Assembly (NCBI GenBank): GCA_963743525.1
Contig: CAVUQH010000003.1
Coordinates: 288,001 to 352,000, forward strand
DNA: 64,000 nucleotides
Reading direction: 5' to 3'
Source: an uncultured delta proteobacterium
Lineage (GTDB): Bacteria; Myxococcota_A; Polyangia; Haliangiales; Haliangiaceae
Positions within the stretch are counted from its first letter, which is position 1; the number at the start of each line of letters is the position of its first letter. The notes below the pieces were generated by a model. The model worked only from the letters and a program-made list of their open reading frames with translations. It was not told where the DNA came from and searched no databases. Shown here in pieces: positions 48,972-61,278 of the stretch. Made by a program: the position numbers and the translations under genes.

Positions 48972-50009
48972 ATGCGGGCTTCGACGTGGGGCGGTCGCCT
49001 CGGGGTGCTGGCGCTGATCGCGGCGCTGAACCTGAGTCTCGGCGCCTGCTCCCGCTCCTGGCCCCGGGTCAACGGCGTCGCCGCTGCCGACTTTGCCAGT
49101 CATCGCCGGGCGGTACGCACGGTTGACGTGCTGCCGGTGGACGTTCAGGTCTGGACCGGTGCCGGCACCCGCAGCGATCCCGACGCGGTCAGGCGGCAGT
49201 TCGAGTCGTACGTTGACGCCACCGTCGAAGGAGAGCTGGCCGACCGCGGCTACCAGGTGCAGGCGGCAATGGACTGGACCGGCAGCTACACCGGCGCCGA
49301 CGGGTTGCGCTACCAGTCGATGACGCCGACCGAGGTGGTCGAGACCGACCGTGCGCTGTCGAGCTACGGCCGCGCGGTGGTCGAGGCCAACCAGGGTCTG
49401 TTGCAGCCGTACCTGCCGTACCGCCTGGGCGCCCAGACCGGCAGCGACGCCACGCTGTACGTCGGCGGCTGGGCCTACGTCGGCAAGAAGCCCAGGTCCG
49501 ATGGCGACAAGGTCGCCAAGGGAGTGCTGATCGGCCTGGTCGTGGTCGCGGTGGTGGCGATCGTCATCATCGCGGTGGCCAGCAAGGGCAAGGGCGGCGG
49601 CCTGGGCGGGCTGGGCAGGGCGGCGGCGGCAACCGGCCGGGTCGCCGGCAAGGTGGCCAGCGGCATGGCCCACACGGCGGCGCGGTTGGGCGCCCACGTG
49701 GTCCGCGGCGCCCTGCGCGCGGCCGACACCCTGTCGCGCGCCGACCTCGACTTCGACGTCAACTGCTACGGACACACCCAGACCCACATCCAGGTTGCAC
49801 CGATGCGACCCGCCTACCACGAGCAGCGCGACACCCCGCGGCGGGGCGAGTCGCAGATGTATCTGGAGATGACGCTCATCGACAACGCGACCGGCGTCAC
49901 GCTGTGGCACGCACGCCAGCGCTTCCGCGCCCACGCCGCCGATCCCGGCGACGCGCGCAAGGCGGTGCAGCGAATGCTGGCCAGCCTGCCGCCGAACGTG
50001 CGCCCATAG
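48972..50009 (+). CDS. Hypothetical lipoprotein with internal hydrophobic segment
   Basis: Lipobox LGAC; long ORF with coding-like bias. Confidence 0.65.
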   Translation: MRASTWGGRLGVLALIAALNLSLGACSRSWPRVNGVAAADFASHRRAVRTVDVLPVDVQVWTGAGTRSDPDAVRRQFESYVDATVEGELADRGYQVQAAMDWTGSYTGADGLRYQSMTPTEVVETDRALSSYGRAVVEANQGLLQPYLPYRLGAQTGSDATLYVGGWAYVGKKPRSDGDKVAKGVLIGLVVVAVVAIVIIAVASKGKGGGLGGLGRAAAATGRVAGKVASGMAHTAARLGAHVVRGALRAADTLSRADLDFDVNCYGHTQTHIQVAPMRPAYHEQRDTPRRGESQMYLEMTLIDNATGVTLWHARQRFRAHAADPGDARKAVQRMLASLPPNVRP

Positions 50010-50095
50010 CGCGAATTCCGCGGCGATAGATCCCGTCGCGCCAGTCCTGCGTTGGTATCCAGTACGGGAAGCAGGACCGGACGAAGGAGATCCTC

Positions 50096-50389
50096 ATGAA
50101 GAAAATGATCATCGCCATCGCCATCGCGCTTCCGCTCGCGTTCGCCGGCATCGCCTCGGCCAGCCCCGGCCAATCGCTTTCGCCCGGGGACAGCGACTGC
50201 GCCCGGGCCAAGCGCCTGGGCAAGGTTTGCCAGATCAGCTTCGGCACCGGTGACGACGTCGAGGGCTCGGTCGCCGGGCCCGACGGCGAGGACGTGCTCG
50301 CCTTTACCGACGCCCTGTTCGGCGGCCTCATTCGCCTGCGCACCGACTTCCGCACCGAGATCATCGCCTCGCTGGAGGATCTCGACTGA
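50096..50389 (+). CDS. CglF/GltF-like small secreted gliding-motility family protein
   Basis: AAGGAG RBS; signal peptide; ISF..DDVEG...PDGE..LIRLRTDFRTEIIASLEDL pattern. Confidence 0.62.
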   Translation: MKKMIIAIAIALPLAFAGIASASPGQSLSPGDSDCARAKRLGKVCQISFGTGDDVEGSVAGPDGEDVLAFTDALFGGLIRLRTDFRTEIIASLEDLD

Positions 50390-50446
50390 CGTCCGGGGAC
50401 GCCCCGGGGTAGCCGCTCGCGGCCGCCCCGGGTAGGATAGGCGCCG

Positions 50447-50743
50447 ATGAGATTCGCTCTCGTCGGCGCCATCCTTCTTCTTGCCACCGCGTGCACCGAG
50501 CCGCGCAGCGAGCGGTGCAAGACCGTGTGCGAGCGCGAGGCCGAGTGCGCCGAGCAGTCGCCGACCAAGGCAGACTTCCGCTTCGACGAGCAGGAGTGCG
50601 TCTCCGCCTGCGCCGCGCTCGAGCGCGACACCCAGGGCAAGCAGTACGTCCGCCGCCACGCCGAGTGCGTGCAGAAGGCGGGCCCCAGCTGCGAGCAGGT
50701 CTACGCCTGCAACGTCCCGTACGACGACAACAGCGGCGGCTGA
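50447..50743 (+). CDS. Small Cys-rich lipoprotein
   Basis: Lipobox ATAC; CxxxC motifs. Confidence 0.72.
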   Translation: MRFALVGAILLLATACTEPRSERCKTVCEREAECAEQSPTKADFRFDEQECVSACAALERDTQGKQYVRRHAECVQKAGPSCEQVYACNVPYDDNSGG

Positions 50744-50750
50744 GCCGCGC

Positions 50751-51172
50751 CTAGCCGGGGGTGAGGTGGTCGCCGGCGGAGACCGGGTCGGCGACGCCGG
50801 CGCCGACCTCGAGCACCCAGCGCACCGCTGACTGGCAGCGGGCGGTGGGGTCGCCGGCGGGGATGGCGCGCTCGACGGCGATGACGGTGCCGTCGCCTGC
50901 GGCGTAGACGGCGTCGATGTCGAAGTCGACGCCGTCGTTGACGATGCAGATGTCGAGGGCCTGGGGCATCTCGATCAGCAGCCCGTCGCCGTCGCCGAGC
51001 GGCGCGTGACCGCGCAGGCCGGTGCGGCGCTCCTCGGCGGTGCGCGCGACCTCGGCGTTGACGGCGAGGAGGGTCTCGCCGCTGCCGGCGCGCTCGACGG
51101 TGACGCGGACGGTGCCCGCGTCCGGGCAGCCGGCCAGCAGGCCGCAGGCGGCGAGCAGCGCGGCAGCGCGGA

Positions 51173-51176
<4 letters not shown>
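50751..51176 (-). CDS. DUF192 domain lipoprotein
   Basis: AEVARTAEERRTGL, GLL, IDAVY, WVLEVGAG; GTG overlapping upstream TGA. Confidence 0.82.
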
Positions 51177-53530
<2,354 letters not shown>

Positions 53531-53539
53531 ATCATCCTC

Positions 53540-54520
53540 CTACTTCGCCTCGCGCTGATACGCGATGCCCACGTACGGCCCCGCCGCAGCGAGGAGATTG
53601 CCGCCCACCGCCACCAGGTGGCGACCGTCGGCGCTGAAGATCGAGTGAAAGTCGAGATCGGTGTCCGCGTAGGTCCGATCGTATTCGAGGGTCTGGGTGT
53701 CGAGCTCGATCAGCGTGCCGACGGCGCCGACGGCAAAGGCGCGCCCGGGCGTGTCGGTCCACACGCCGTTGAGCCCGGCCAGCTCGCCGATCGAGTCGGT
53801 GTGCCAGCTGCTGCCGTCCCAGCGGCTGACGACGGCGCGCGCGCGGCCGCCGACCGCGACGATGTCGTCCGGACCGGTGCCCCACAGCGAGATCAGATCA
53901 TCGCTGGCGCCGACCAGCTCTTCGTTCCAGGCCTGACCGTCGTAGTGCAGCACGGCGCCGCGCTGGCCGACGGTGTAGACGTTGTCGGCGCTGGTGCCCC
54001 AGACCTTGAACAGGGCGTAGACGTTGGGCCGCACCAGGTCGGGCAGCGTCACCGGCTGCCAGCTCTGGCCGTCGTAGTGGAGCAGGGTCGCCTGCCCGGC
54101 CGCGCGGCCCTTGCCGCCGACCGCCCACAGCGAGTCCGGCGACGCGCCCCAGACGCCCCACAGGTCCTGGTCGGTGGTGGTCGCCTGCTGGGTCCAGCTC
54201 TGGCCGTCCCAGTGGATGACGGTGCCGCCGAAGCCGACCGCGGTGATGTCGTCGGGGCCGAAGCCGTAGCACCAGTCGAGCAGCGGCACGTCGACACCGA
54301 GGTCGACCTCGGTCCACTGGCTGCCGTCGTAGTGCATCATCACGCCCTTGTCCGGCGTGCCGCCGACCGCGTACAGGTTGTCCGGCGCCGGGCCCCAGGT
54401 GTTGAGGAACCAGCCGATCTCGCTGGCGTCGAACGCCGGCTCCCATCCCGACTGGGACGGACCGCTGCAGGCGCTCAGCGCGAGCGCGGCGGCGGCGGTG
54501 ATGGCGGGCGAAAGACGCAT
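53540..54520 (-). CDS. Beta-propeller lipoprotein (WG-x-x-D-x-x-AVG repeats)
   Basis: Lipobox LSAC; repeats TWGPAPDNLYAVG, VWGASPDSLWAVG, VWGTSADNVYTVG, HYDGQSW. Confidence 0.82.
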   Translation of the reverse strand: MRLSPAITAAAALALSACSGPSQSGWEPAFDASEIGWFLNTWGPAPDNLYAVGGTPDKGVMMHYDGSQWTEVDLGVDVPLLDWCYGFGPDDITAVGFGGTVIHWDGQSWTQQATTTDQDLWGVWGASPDSLWAVGGKGRAAGQATLLHYDGQSWQPVTLPDLVRPNVYALFKVWGTSADNVYTVGQRGAVLHYDGQAWNEELVGASDDLISLWGTGPDDIVAVGGRARAVVSRWDGSSWHTDSIGELAGLNGVWTDTPGRAFAVGAVGTLIELDTQTLEYDRTYADTDLDFHSIFSADGRHLVAVGGNLLAAAGPYVGIAYQREAK

Positions 54521-54636
54521 ACGCGGGTCGGCAAAAGCAGGAATCGGGCCACTACCCAGCGGCCCCGGGGACGCCCTGCAGCGGGCCTCTGAGCCCCGAG
54601 GCCACAGATTCCTGAGCCTCCGGCCAGTATACCGCG

Positions 54637-55545
54637 TCAGTCCTTGCGCATTTGGGGATCGAGCGCGTCGCGCAGACCGTCGCCCAGGAAGTTGAGGGCG
54701 AAGATGGTGACACCCATCACCAGGCCGGGCCCGATGAGGGTCCAGGGCGCCACCAGAAGTTGGCTGATCCCCTCGGTGACCAGGGTGCCCCACGAGGCCT
54801 TGGGCGCCTGCACGCCGAGGCCGATGAACGACAGGAACGCCTCGGTCAGCATGACGCTGGGAATCGACAGGGTGGTGTAGACGATCACCGGGCCCAGCGT
54901 GTTGGGCACGATGTGGCGGAAGACGATCCGCTTGGGTGACGCGCCCAGCGCCCGGGCCGCCTCGACGAACTCGCGGTTGCGCAGGCTGAGCACCTGGCCG
55001 CGGACGATGCGCGCCATGTTGAGCCACGAGATGGCGCCGATCAGCGCGAACAGCCAGAAGATGCTCTTGAGCTGGAAGGTCGCGGTGATGACGATGACGA
55101 AGACGACGGTGGGGAAGCCGTACAGGACGTCGACGATGCGCATCATCACGTTGTCGGTTCGGCCGCCGGCGTAGGCGGCGATGGCGCCGTAGCTGACGCC
55201 GATGACGATGGCGATGAAGGTGGCGATGAGCCCGACCATGATGGCGATGCGGCCGCCGTCCATGGTCCGGATCAGCATGTCGCGGCCGAGGACGTCGGTG
55301 CCCATCAGGTGGTGCACGCTGGGCGCCTGCGACAGCGCGTGGCGGTTCTGCGTCACCGCGTCCAGGCCGGTGATCCAGTGCATCACGATCGGCCCGAGGA
55401 ACGAGAAGACGCAGATGAAGGCGAACAGCCAGCCGCAGATCACGGCCATGCGGTTCTTCTTGAGCCGCCGCCAGGCGTCGGCCCACAGCGAGTTGGCCTT
55501 TGACTTGACGGCTTCGGCGGTCGCTGCGGTGGTGAGAGAGGCCAT
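54637..55545 (-). CDS. oppC: Oligopeptide ABC transporter permease
   Basis: SLWADAWRRLKKN, MGTDVLGRD, REFVEAARALGA, EAFLSFIGLG. Confidence 0.92.
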   Translation of the reverse strand: MASLTTAATAEAVKSKANSLWADAWRRLKKNRMAVICGWLFAFICVFSFLGPIVMHWITGLDAVTQNRHALSQAPSVHHLMGTDVLGRDMLIRTMDGGRIAIMVGLIATFIAIVIGVSYGAIAAYAGGRTDNVMMRIVDVLYGFPTVVFVIVITATFQLKSIFWLFALIGAISWLNMARIVRGQVLSLRNREFVEAARALGASPKRIVFRHIVPNTLGPVIVYTTLSIPSVMLTEAFLSFIGLGVQAPKASWGTLVTEGISQLLVAPWTLIGPGLVMGVTIFALNFLGDGLRDALDPQMRKD

Positions 55546-56462
55546 CAGCGTTTGTCCCGGATACGCGGGTCGAGGTAGCCGTAGGCGATGTCGACCGCGA
55601 GGTTCATGAGCACGAGGAAGATCGAGTAGAAGACCAGCACTCCGGTCAGCACCGGGTAGTCGCGGTCGGTGATCGACGCGACGAAGTAGAAGCCGAGGCC
55701 GGGGATCTGGAAGATCTGCTCGACCACGAACGACCCGGTGATCAGCGCCGCCAGCGCCGGGCCCATGTACGTGACCACCGGCATCAGGCCCAGGCGCAGG
55801 CCGTGCTTCCACACCACCACGCGCTCGGACAGACCCTTGGCCCGGGCGGTGCGGATGTAGTCCTGGCGCATGGTCTCGAGCATGCCGGTGCGCGACAGCC
55901 GGGCGACCACGCCCATGTAGATCAGGCCCAGCGTCGCCGACGGTAAGATCATGGTCGAGAAGCCCTCGAACCGGGCCGGGGGCAGCCAGCCCAGCCAGAT
56001 CGAAAAGATCAGGATGAGGATCGGTCCCAGCACGAACGACGGCACCGAGATGCCGAACAGGGCGAACGACATCGCCGCGTGGTCGGTCCAGGTGTTCTGC
56101 TTGGCCGCGGCGATGACGCCGAAGATGACGCCGAAGAGGATCGCGAAGCCGAGCGCCAGCAGGCCCAGCTTGACGCTGAACGGGAACGCCTCGCCGATGA
56201 TGGTTCGCACCGAGTCGGTGCGCTTCATCGAGTAGCCCAGGTCACCCTGGACCAGCCCCTTCATGTAGATCGCGTACTGCTCGAGGATCGGCTTGTCGAG
56301 GTGGTAGCGCTTCTCGATGTTGGCCTTGACCTCGGGTTGCAGCGATCGCTCGGCGTCGAACGGTCCGCCCGGGGCCGCGTGCAGCATGAAGAAGGCGAAG
56401 GTCGCCACCGACAGGATGACGCCGACGCCGGCGGCCAGGCGAGTGAGGATCAGCCGCAGCAT
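55545..56462 (-). CDS. oppB: Oligopeptide ABC transporter permease
   Basis: [37 protein letters not shown]. Confidence 0.92.
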   Translation of the reverse strand: MLRLILTRLAAGVGVILSVATFAFFMLHAAPGGPFDAERSLQPEVKANIEKRYHLDKPILEQYAIYMKGLVQGDLGYSMKRTDSVRTIIGEAFPFSVKLGLLALGFAILFGVIFGVIAAAKQNTWTDHAAMSFALFGISVPSFVLGPILILIFSIWLGWLPPARFEGFSTMILPSATLGLIYMGVVARLSRTGMLETMRQDYIRTARAKGLSERVVVWKHGLRLGLMPVVTYMGPALAALITGSFVVEQIFQIPGLGFYFVASITDRDYPVLTGVLVFYSIFLVLMNLAVDIAYGYLDPRIRDKR

Positions 56463-58730
56463 CAGTTGCCGCCCTTGCCCGGCGTGGCCGCCGACAGGTG
56501 TTGTTTCCAGTCGGGGTCGATCCAGATCCGATCGTACGGCACCTGGTTGGGCAAGTTCATGGCCCGGTTCTTCACGAACGGCTTGGTCAGCTGTTTCTGC
56601 GTGTAGACGTAGAGCGGGATGACCGGCGCGTCGTCCACCACCGTCTTCTCCGCCTGGTAGATCAGCTGGAGCCTTTTCTTGCGATCGAAGGTGCGCTCGG
56701 CCTCCTTCATCAGCTCTTCGAACTTGGGGCTGTTGTACTTGGAGCGGTTGTCCGGCGAGTTCTTGCGGAAGGCGGGCAGGAGCTCTGCCTCGGCGTCGGG
56801 GAAGTTGAGGATCCAGCCCATCCGCGCCACCTCGTATTGGCCGTAGCGGGTGTCAGCCAGGAACGTCTTCCACTCCTGCACCTCGAGGGTGACGTCGAGG
56901 CCGAGGTTCTTCTTCCACTGCTGCTGGATGTACTCGGCGATGACCTTGTGTAGGTCGACGCCCGAGTTGAACTTGAGCGAGAACGACTGCATGTAGTTCT
57001 TGCCCATCTCCTTGCGCGCCAGCGCCAGCTCTTCGCGGGCTTTCTTGACGTCGAACTCCAGGCCCGGCGGCGGGATGTAGCAGAGCTTGCCCGAGATCAT
57101 CACCGAGGCGATGCCCGGCGTGTCGCGGGTGACGCCGCAGGCGCGCAGGTCTTCGTCGGAGAGATCCGAGATCGGCTGCCCCGGCATCAGCTGGGCGCTT
57201 GGGATCTGCCCGCCGTGGAGGATCTCCGGCAGCGCCGAGCGATCGATCGACAGCGCCAGCGCCCGGCGGAAGTGGACGTTGGTGATCTTCTTGGTGTTGA
57301 TGAGATAGAAGTAGATGCCCAGGTACGGGCCCTCGCGGAAATCCTTGTACGCGCGCCCGCCGCGCATACTGCCGTCGAGCAGCGGGGTGTACGCGCTGGC
57401 GATCGCGGCGTCGACCACCGCGTCGCAGCCGCCCTCGAAGTAGTAGTTCGAAGACGCCGACTGGTCGTTCATGCTGAAGATCTTCATCTTGTCGAGCCTG
57501 ACGTGCTCGGCGTCCCAGTAGGTCGGCGACTTGACCAGCTCGATGTAGTCGCGGATGTGCCAGGCGGTCATGGTGAACGCGCCCGAGGTGATGATGTGCT
57601 CGGGGTGGCTCCACTTCTGTGGCCAGCGCGACACCGCCTCGCGCGGCGACGTCCGGTAGGCGCGCTGTGGCGTCTGCGCGATCATGTACGGCAGCGGGTG
57701 ATCGGTCTCGAGCACGAGCGTGTACGGGTCCGGCGCGCGAACGCCGACCGCGGCGGGCAGCATCATCACGTCGCCGGCGGCGACCTGGCCGGAGCGCAGC
57801 GGGACGTTGTCCACGTTCTGCAGCTCCTCGACGGTGATCTCCTTGCCCGGCACCCGGTTGGCCGGCACCTCGCGCACGTTGTAGACGAAGTCGGCGTGCG
57901 GGTGGATGTCGAGGTCGGTCATCGGCACCCAGCCGTAGACGCCCTGACCCTCCTGCCAGTAGACGTAGGCCCAGGTGATGCCCCTGGCGTCGTCCTTCTT
58001 GTCGACCAGGTCGACCGTGGTGTGCGGCGGGATCGACTGGTACGGCTCCTTCATCCGGCAGGCGGCGCCTTCGGGGCACCAGCCGTCCCAGAAGCCGGGG
58101 AAGTCGCGCAGCTCGAGGGTCTTGCTCGACTGGAAGTCGTTCGAGTAGCGCAGCTCGGACGAGCCGTACGACCGGTCCTCGTCCTTCTCGTCCTTGTCGG
58201 CGTTGGTGACCTCGACGATGTCTCCGGCGTGGAACGGCCCGACGTCGCGCAGGACGACGCGGATCTTGTTGCCGGTGAACTCCTCGCCGTTCTTCAGCTT
58301 CCAGTGCGGGTCGGTATTGGCCGAGGCCGACGACCAGTGGAGGATGCGGATGATGCTGAAGACGAAGTCGTCGGCGGTGAGCGGCCGGCCGTTGGACCAG
58401 CGCGCGTCGTGGCGCAGGTGGAAGGTGAAGGTTCGCACGTCCGGCGACACGTCCCAGCTGGTCGCCACCGACGGCTCGGGCTGGCCGTTCATGTCGTAGC
58501 GGGTCAGCCCGTCCCACATCATGTAGATGAGCGGCAAGCCCGGTGGTGCTGGTCGTCAGGGCCGGGTCGATGTACTGCGGCTCGCCCGAATTGCACAGCC
58601 GCAGCGTGGTCGGATCCGGGTCGTCTTTGACGAACCCCCAGTAGTCGCCATCGGGCATCCCGCAGTTACAGCCGCTGGCCAGCGTCGACACGCACAGCCA
58701 GGCAAGGGCCACCCATCCAGCCCGCATCAT
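56462..58730 (-). CDS. oppA: Oligopeptide ABC substrate-binding lipoprotein with large internal insertion; apparent frameshift at ~58540
   Basis: Lipobox ASGC; NSGEPQYIDP, WDGLTRY..PSVATSW..FHLR..ARWSNGRPLTADDF, SGAF, VARMGW; upstream of oppB/oppC. Confidence 0.88.
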
Positions 58731-58752
58731 TCACCAGCCCCCGCCGCTGCGA

Positions 58753-58870
58753 ACGCATCTGCGCGGCATCTCGTGCCGTACCTCCTCGCTCACTCGGTCA
58801 CGGGCTGCAGCCCGCTCCCTCGTTCGCTGCGGGGGTGCGGCCCGATCTGCTCGCGCAGCTGCGCCCTCGC
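58753..58870 (-). repeat. 118-bp dispersed structured repeat, copy 2
   Basis: Reverse complement of 40745-40862; lies immediately upstream of the oppA start. Confidence 0.93.
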
Positions 58871-59002
58871 GACGCGGGGGTGATGAAGGATGCGGGCTGG
58901 CACACATGAACGGCGTTATATCCGACGGATCGGGGGCGATCAAACCGGGCCCGAATCGACCCGGGCCTCGGTTGCAGCCGGCGGCCTGCTGCCAGCAGGG
59001 AA

Positions 59003-60541
59003 TTGACTCGGCGGCCGCGTAATGTTGAGATTTATTGCGAAAGCGCCGTCCGCGGCGCTTCTTGGGGGCAATTGGACAGCCAAACTCTGGGTATCGGCGT
59101 GTTCCTGGGCGTGGTCGTGGGTGCGCTGGTCATCGGCCTGCTCTTCCGCGTGCGCCTGGTCGCGGCCGAGAGGCGCGCGAGCAAGCTGCAGCGCGAGAAC
59201 GACGAGCTGCGCCGGCAGGCGGCCCAGCAGTCGGCCGAGATGCTGGCGCTGGTCGACGTCGCGCTGCGCACCCTGGGCAAGGCCAGCGGTGATGCCCGCT
59301 CGGCGGTGAGCGGCCACGCCGACCTGCAGTCGCGGCTGTCGGGAGAGCTTTCGCGCCTGGCCGCGCGCGCCGGGGCCGACGGCGCCGACACCGAGTCGGA
59401 CGCCGTGGCGGTGCAGGCGGCGCAGCAGGCCACCGAGGAGCTGTCGTCGCGCGAGCGCGCGCTCGAGGCGGCGCTGGTCGAGCTCGAGCGGCGGTTCGAG
59501 GTCGCCCAGGCGATGGTCGAGGCGGCTGCCGATGACGACCGCATGACCGCGCACAAGATCGACGACCTGGTCGGCGCCGCGGCCGAGGCGCTGGGCGTGG
59601 CCTCGACCATGGATGACGTCATCCAGCGGATCAAAGACGCCGCCGCCGAGACCGCGGAGCTGTCGGCCGAGGTGTTGACGCAGGCAGAGCGCGGCTACCG
59701 CGCCGTGCACCGCACCCTCGACGAGATCGAGCGCATCCGCGGACTGACCGACAACGCCCGCGCGCGCATCGAGGCGCTGGGCGATCGGGTCGCCGGCATC
59801 GGCCACGTGGTCAAGGTCATCCACGAGATCACCGAGAAGACCAACCTCTTGGCGCTCAACGCGTCGATCATCGCCGCCCAGGCCGGCGAGCACGGCCGCA
59901 GCTTCGCGGTGGTGGCCAACGAGATCAAGGCGCTGGCTCAGCGCACGGCGGCGTCGACCAAGGAGATCAGCGAGCAGATCCGCGGCGTGCAGGACGAGTC
60001 GGCGCGGGCGAACACGGCCATGATCGACGGCGTCGCTGCGGTCGGAGAGGGCTTCCAGGTGGCGATCTCGGCCGGGGACGCGCTGGACGCCATCCGCCAG
60101 AGCGCCAAGGCGGCGCAGAAGAAAGTGCAGCACATGACCCGCACGCTGCGCCAGCAGTCCAACGTCGCCCAGCAGGTGGTCGACAGCGCGGCTCAGGTCA
60201 GCGAGCGGGCGACGTCGTTCGCCACCGCGGTGCGCGGGCAGACGTCGATGGCCGATCGCATGCGCGGCGCGGCGCTGGATCTCGACGCCGGCGCGCGCGA
60301 GATCGCCGAGCTGGTGCGGTCGCAGGGCTCCAGCACCGGTCTTTGCGTTGACACGGTGCAGAGGCTGTCGGACCGGATGACCTTGCTGCGCCGGCGCGAG
60401 CTGGAGCTGCGCCGCGCCATGCGCGAGATCGAGAGCGGCGCCGGTACCTCGCTGCGTTTCGGCGACGAGATGTCGGCGCGCTGGGCTGCCGTCGAGGAAG
60501 CGCTGGGGACCCTGCAGCGGGTCACCGACCTGCGCGCGTGA
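59003..60541 (+). CDS. Methyl-accepting chemotaxis protein (single TM), start uncertain
   Basis: [40 protein letters not shown] hairpin. Confidence 0.92.
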   Translation: MTRRPRNVEIYCESAVRGASWGQLDSQTLGIGVFLGVVVGALVIGLLFRVRLVAAERRASKLQRENDELRRQAAQQSAEMLALVDVALRTLGKASGDARSAVSGHADLQSRLSGELSRLAARAGADGADTESDAVAVQAAQQATEELSSRERALEAALVELERRFEVAQAMVEAAADDDRMTAHKIDDLVGAAAEALGVASTMDDVIQRIKDAAAETAELSAEVLTQAERGYRAVHRTLDEIERIRGLTDNARARIEALGDRVAGIGHVVKVIHEITEKTNLLALNASIIAAQAGEHGRSFAVVANEIKALAQRTAASTKEISEQIRGVQDESARANTAMIDGVAAVGEGFQVAISAGDALDAIRQSAKAAQKKVQHMTRTLRQQSNVAQQVVDSAAQVSERATSFATAVRGQTSMADRMRGAALDLDAGAREIAELVRSQGSSTGLCVDTVQRLSDRMTLLRRRELELRRAMREIESGAGTSLRFGDEMSARWAAVEEALGTLQRVTDLRA

Positions 60542-60547
60542 TCGGGC

Positions 60548-61141
60548 TCAGGCCGCGATCATGTCCCAGCAGGCCTGGGCGGCGCCGCGGATCGCCTCGG
60601 CGTCGAGCTGAACGCGGCCCTCCCAGTGGGCGCGCATCATGCCGACGAAGGCGCCGAAGACCAACTCCATCAGCAGCGACGCGTCGAGCGACTTGACCAC
60701 ACCCTCGGCTTGCGCCTGCTGGATCATCTGCCGGGCGAAATCCTTGAGGGTGCGATCGATCGCCAGGCTTTCGGCGTCGAGATACGACGAGTGGTTGTGC
60801 AGCTCGATGAAGGCGAAGGCGGTGGGCGCGCTGGTCGCGAACGCCACCATCTCGTTCCACATCACTTCGAACTGCTCGCGCACCGGGGCGCCCTGGGGGA
60901 ACGCGGTGAAGACGCGCTGGGCGACCGCCGATTTCCACGTGCGGTAGAGGGCGTTGACCAGCGCCTCCTTGCTGTCGAAGTAGTGGTAGATGGTGCCGGC
61001 GGCGATGCCGGCCTTTGCCGCGATCTGCGGGATCGCGGTGCCGTGGAAGCCGCGCTCGACGAAGCAGTCCAGGGCCGCGTCGAGGATCGACTCCCGGCGG
61101 TCCGGCTGGGCCGGACGGCCTCGTTTCGCCTTTGCCGCCAT
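60548..61141 (-). CDS. TetR/AcrR family transcriptional regulator
   Basis: ILDAALDCFVERGFHGTAIPQIAAKAGIAAGTIYHYFDSKEAL. Confidence 0.94.
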   Translation of the reverse strand: MAAKAKRGRPAQPDRRESILDAALDCFVERGFHGTAIPQIAAKAGIAAGTIYHYFDSKEALVNALYRTWKSAVAQRVFTAFPQGAPVREQFEVMWNEMVAFATSAPTAFAFIELHNHSSYLDAESLAIDRTLKDFARQMIQQAQAEGVVKSLDASLLMELVFGAFVGMMRAHWEGRVQLDAEAIRGAAQACWDMIAA

Positions 61142-61144
61142 TTG

Positions 61145-61158
61145 TGAATGATTATTCA
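61145..61158. promoter_or_regulatory. Putative TetR operator 1 (TGAATGATTATTCA)
   Basis: Imperfect palindrome 4 bp from tetR start; similar to operator 2. Confidence 0.65.
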
Positions 61159-61180
61159 AGTAATCATCGGTGTTTGTCAA
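61151..61180 (-). promoter_or_regulatory. Putative sigma-70-type promoter of tetR
   Basis: Minus strand TTGACA-N18-AATAAT in an AT-rich gap; overlaps operator 1. Confidence 0.5.
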
Positions 61181-61244
61181 CACCGTGGCGAAAAGCGTTG
61201 ACGGGGGCCGAAATAAGCTGCTATCCGTGGATTCGTAGTTTTTC

Positions 61245-61256
61245 GAATGAACATTC
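61245..61256. promoter_or_regulatory. Putative TetR operator 2 (GAATGAACATTC)
   Basis: GAATG-AA-CATTC palindrome between a TTGACG..TATCCG candidate promoter (61198-61227) and the hydrolase RBS. Confidence 0.65.
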
Positions 61257-61278
61257 AATCAATAAATCGGAGAACACC

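Noticed and set aside
50390..50435. CCCGGGG..CCCCGGG hairpin after the CglF-like gene
   Set aside because: Single short GC hairpin without U-tract or second copy; unremarkable at this GC content.
58535..58545. oppA frameshift as another GTCGAC event or phase variation
   Set aside because: Context is a short C run in GCCCGG; does not fit the motif and is too short for a contingency tract; probably an ordinary indel error.
61175..61203. GTCAAC/GTTGAC pair as miscalled GTCGAC
   Set aside because: Better explained as the -35 hexamers of divergent promoters.
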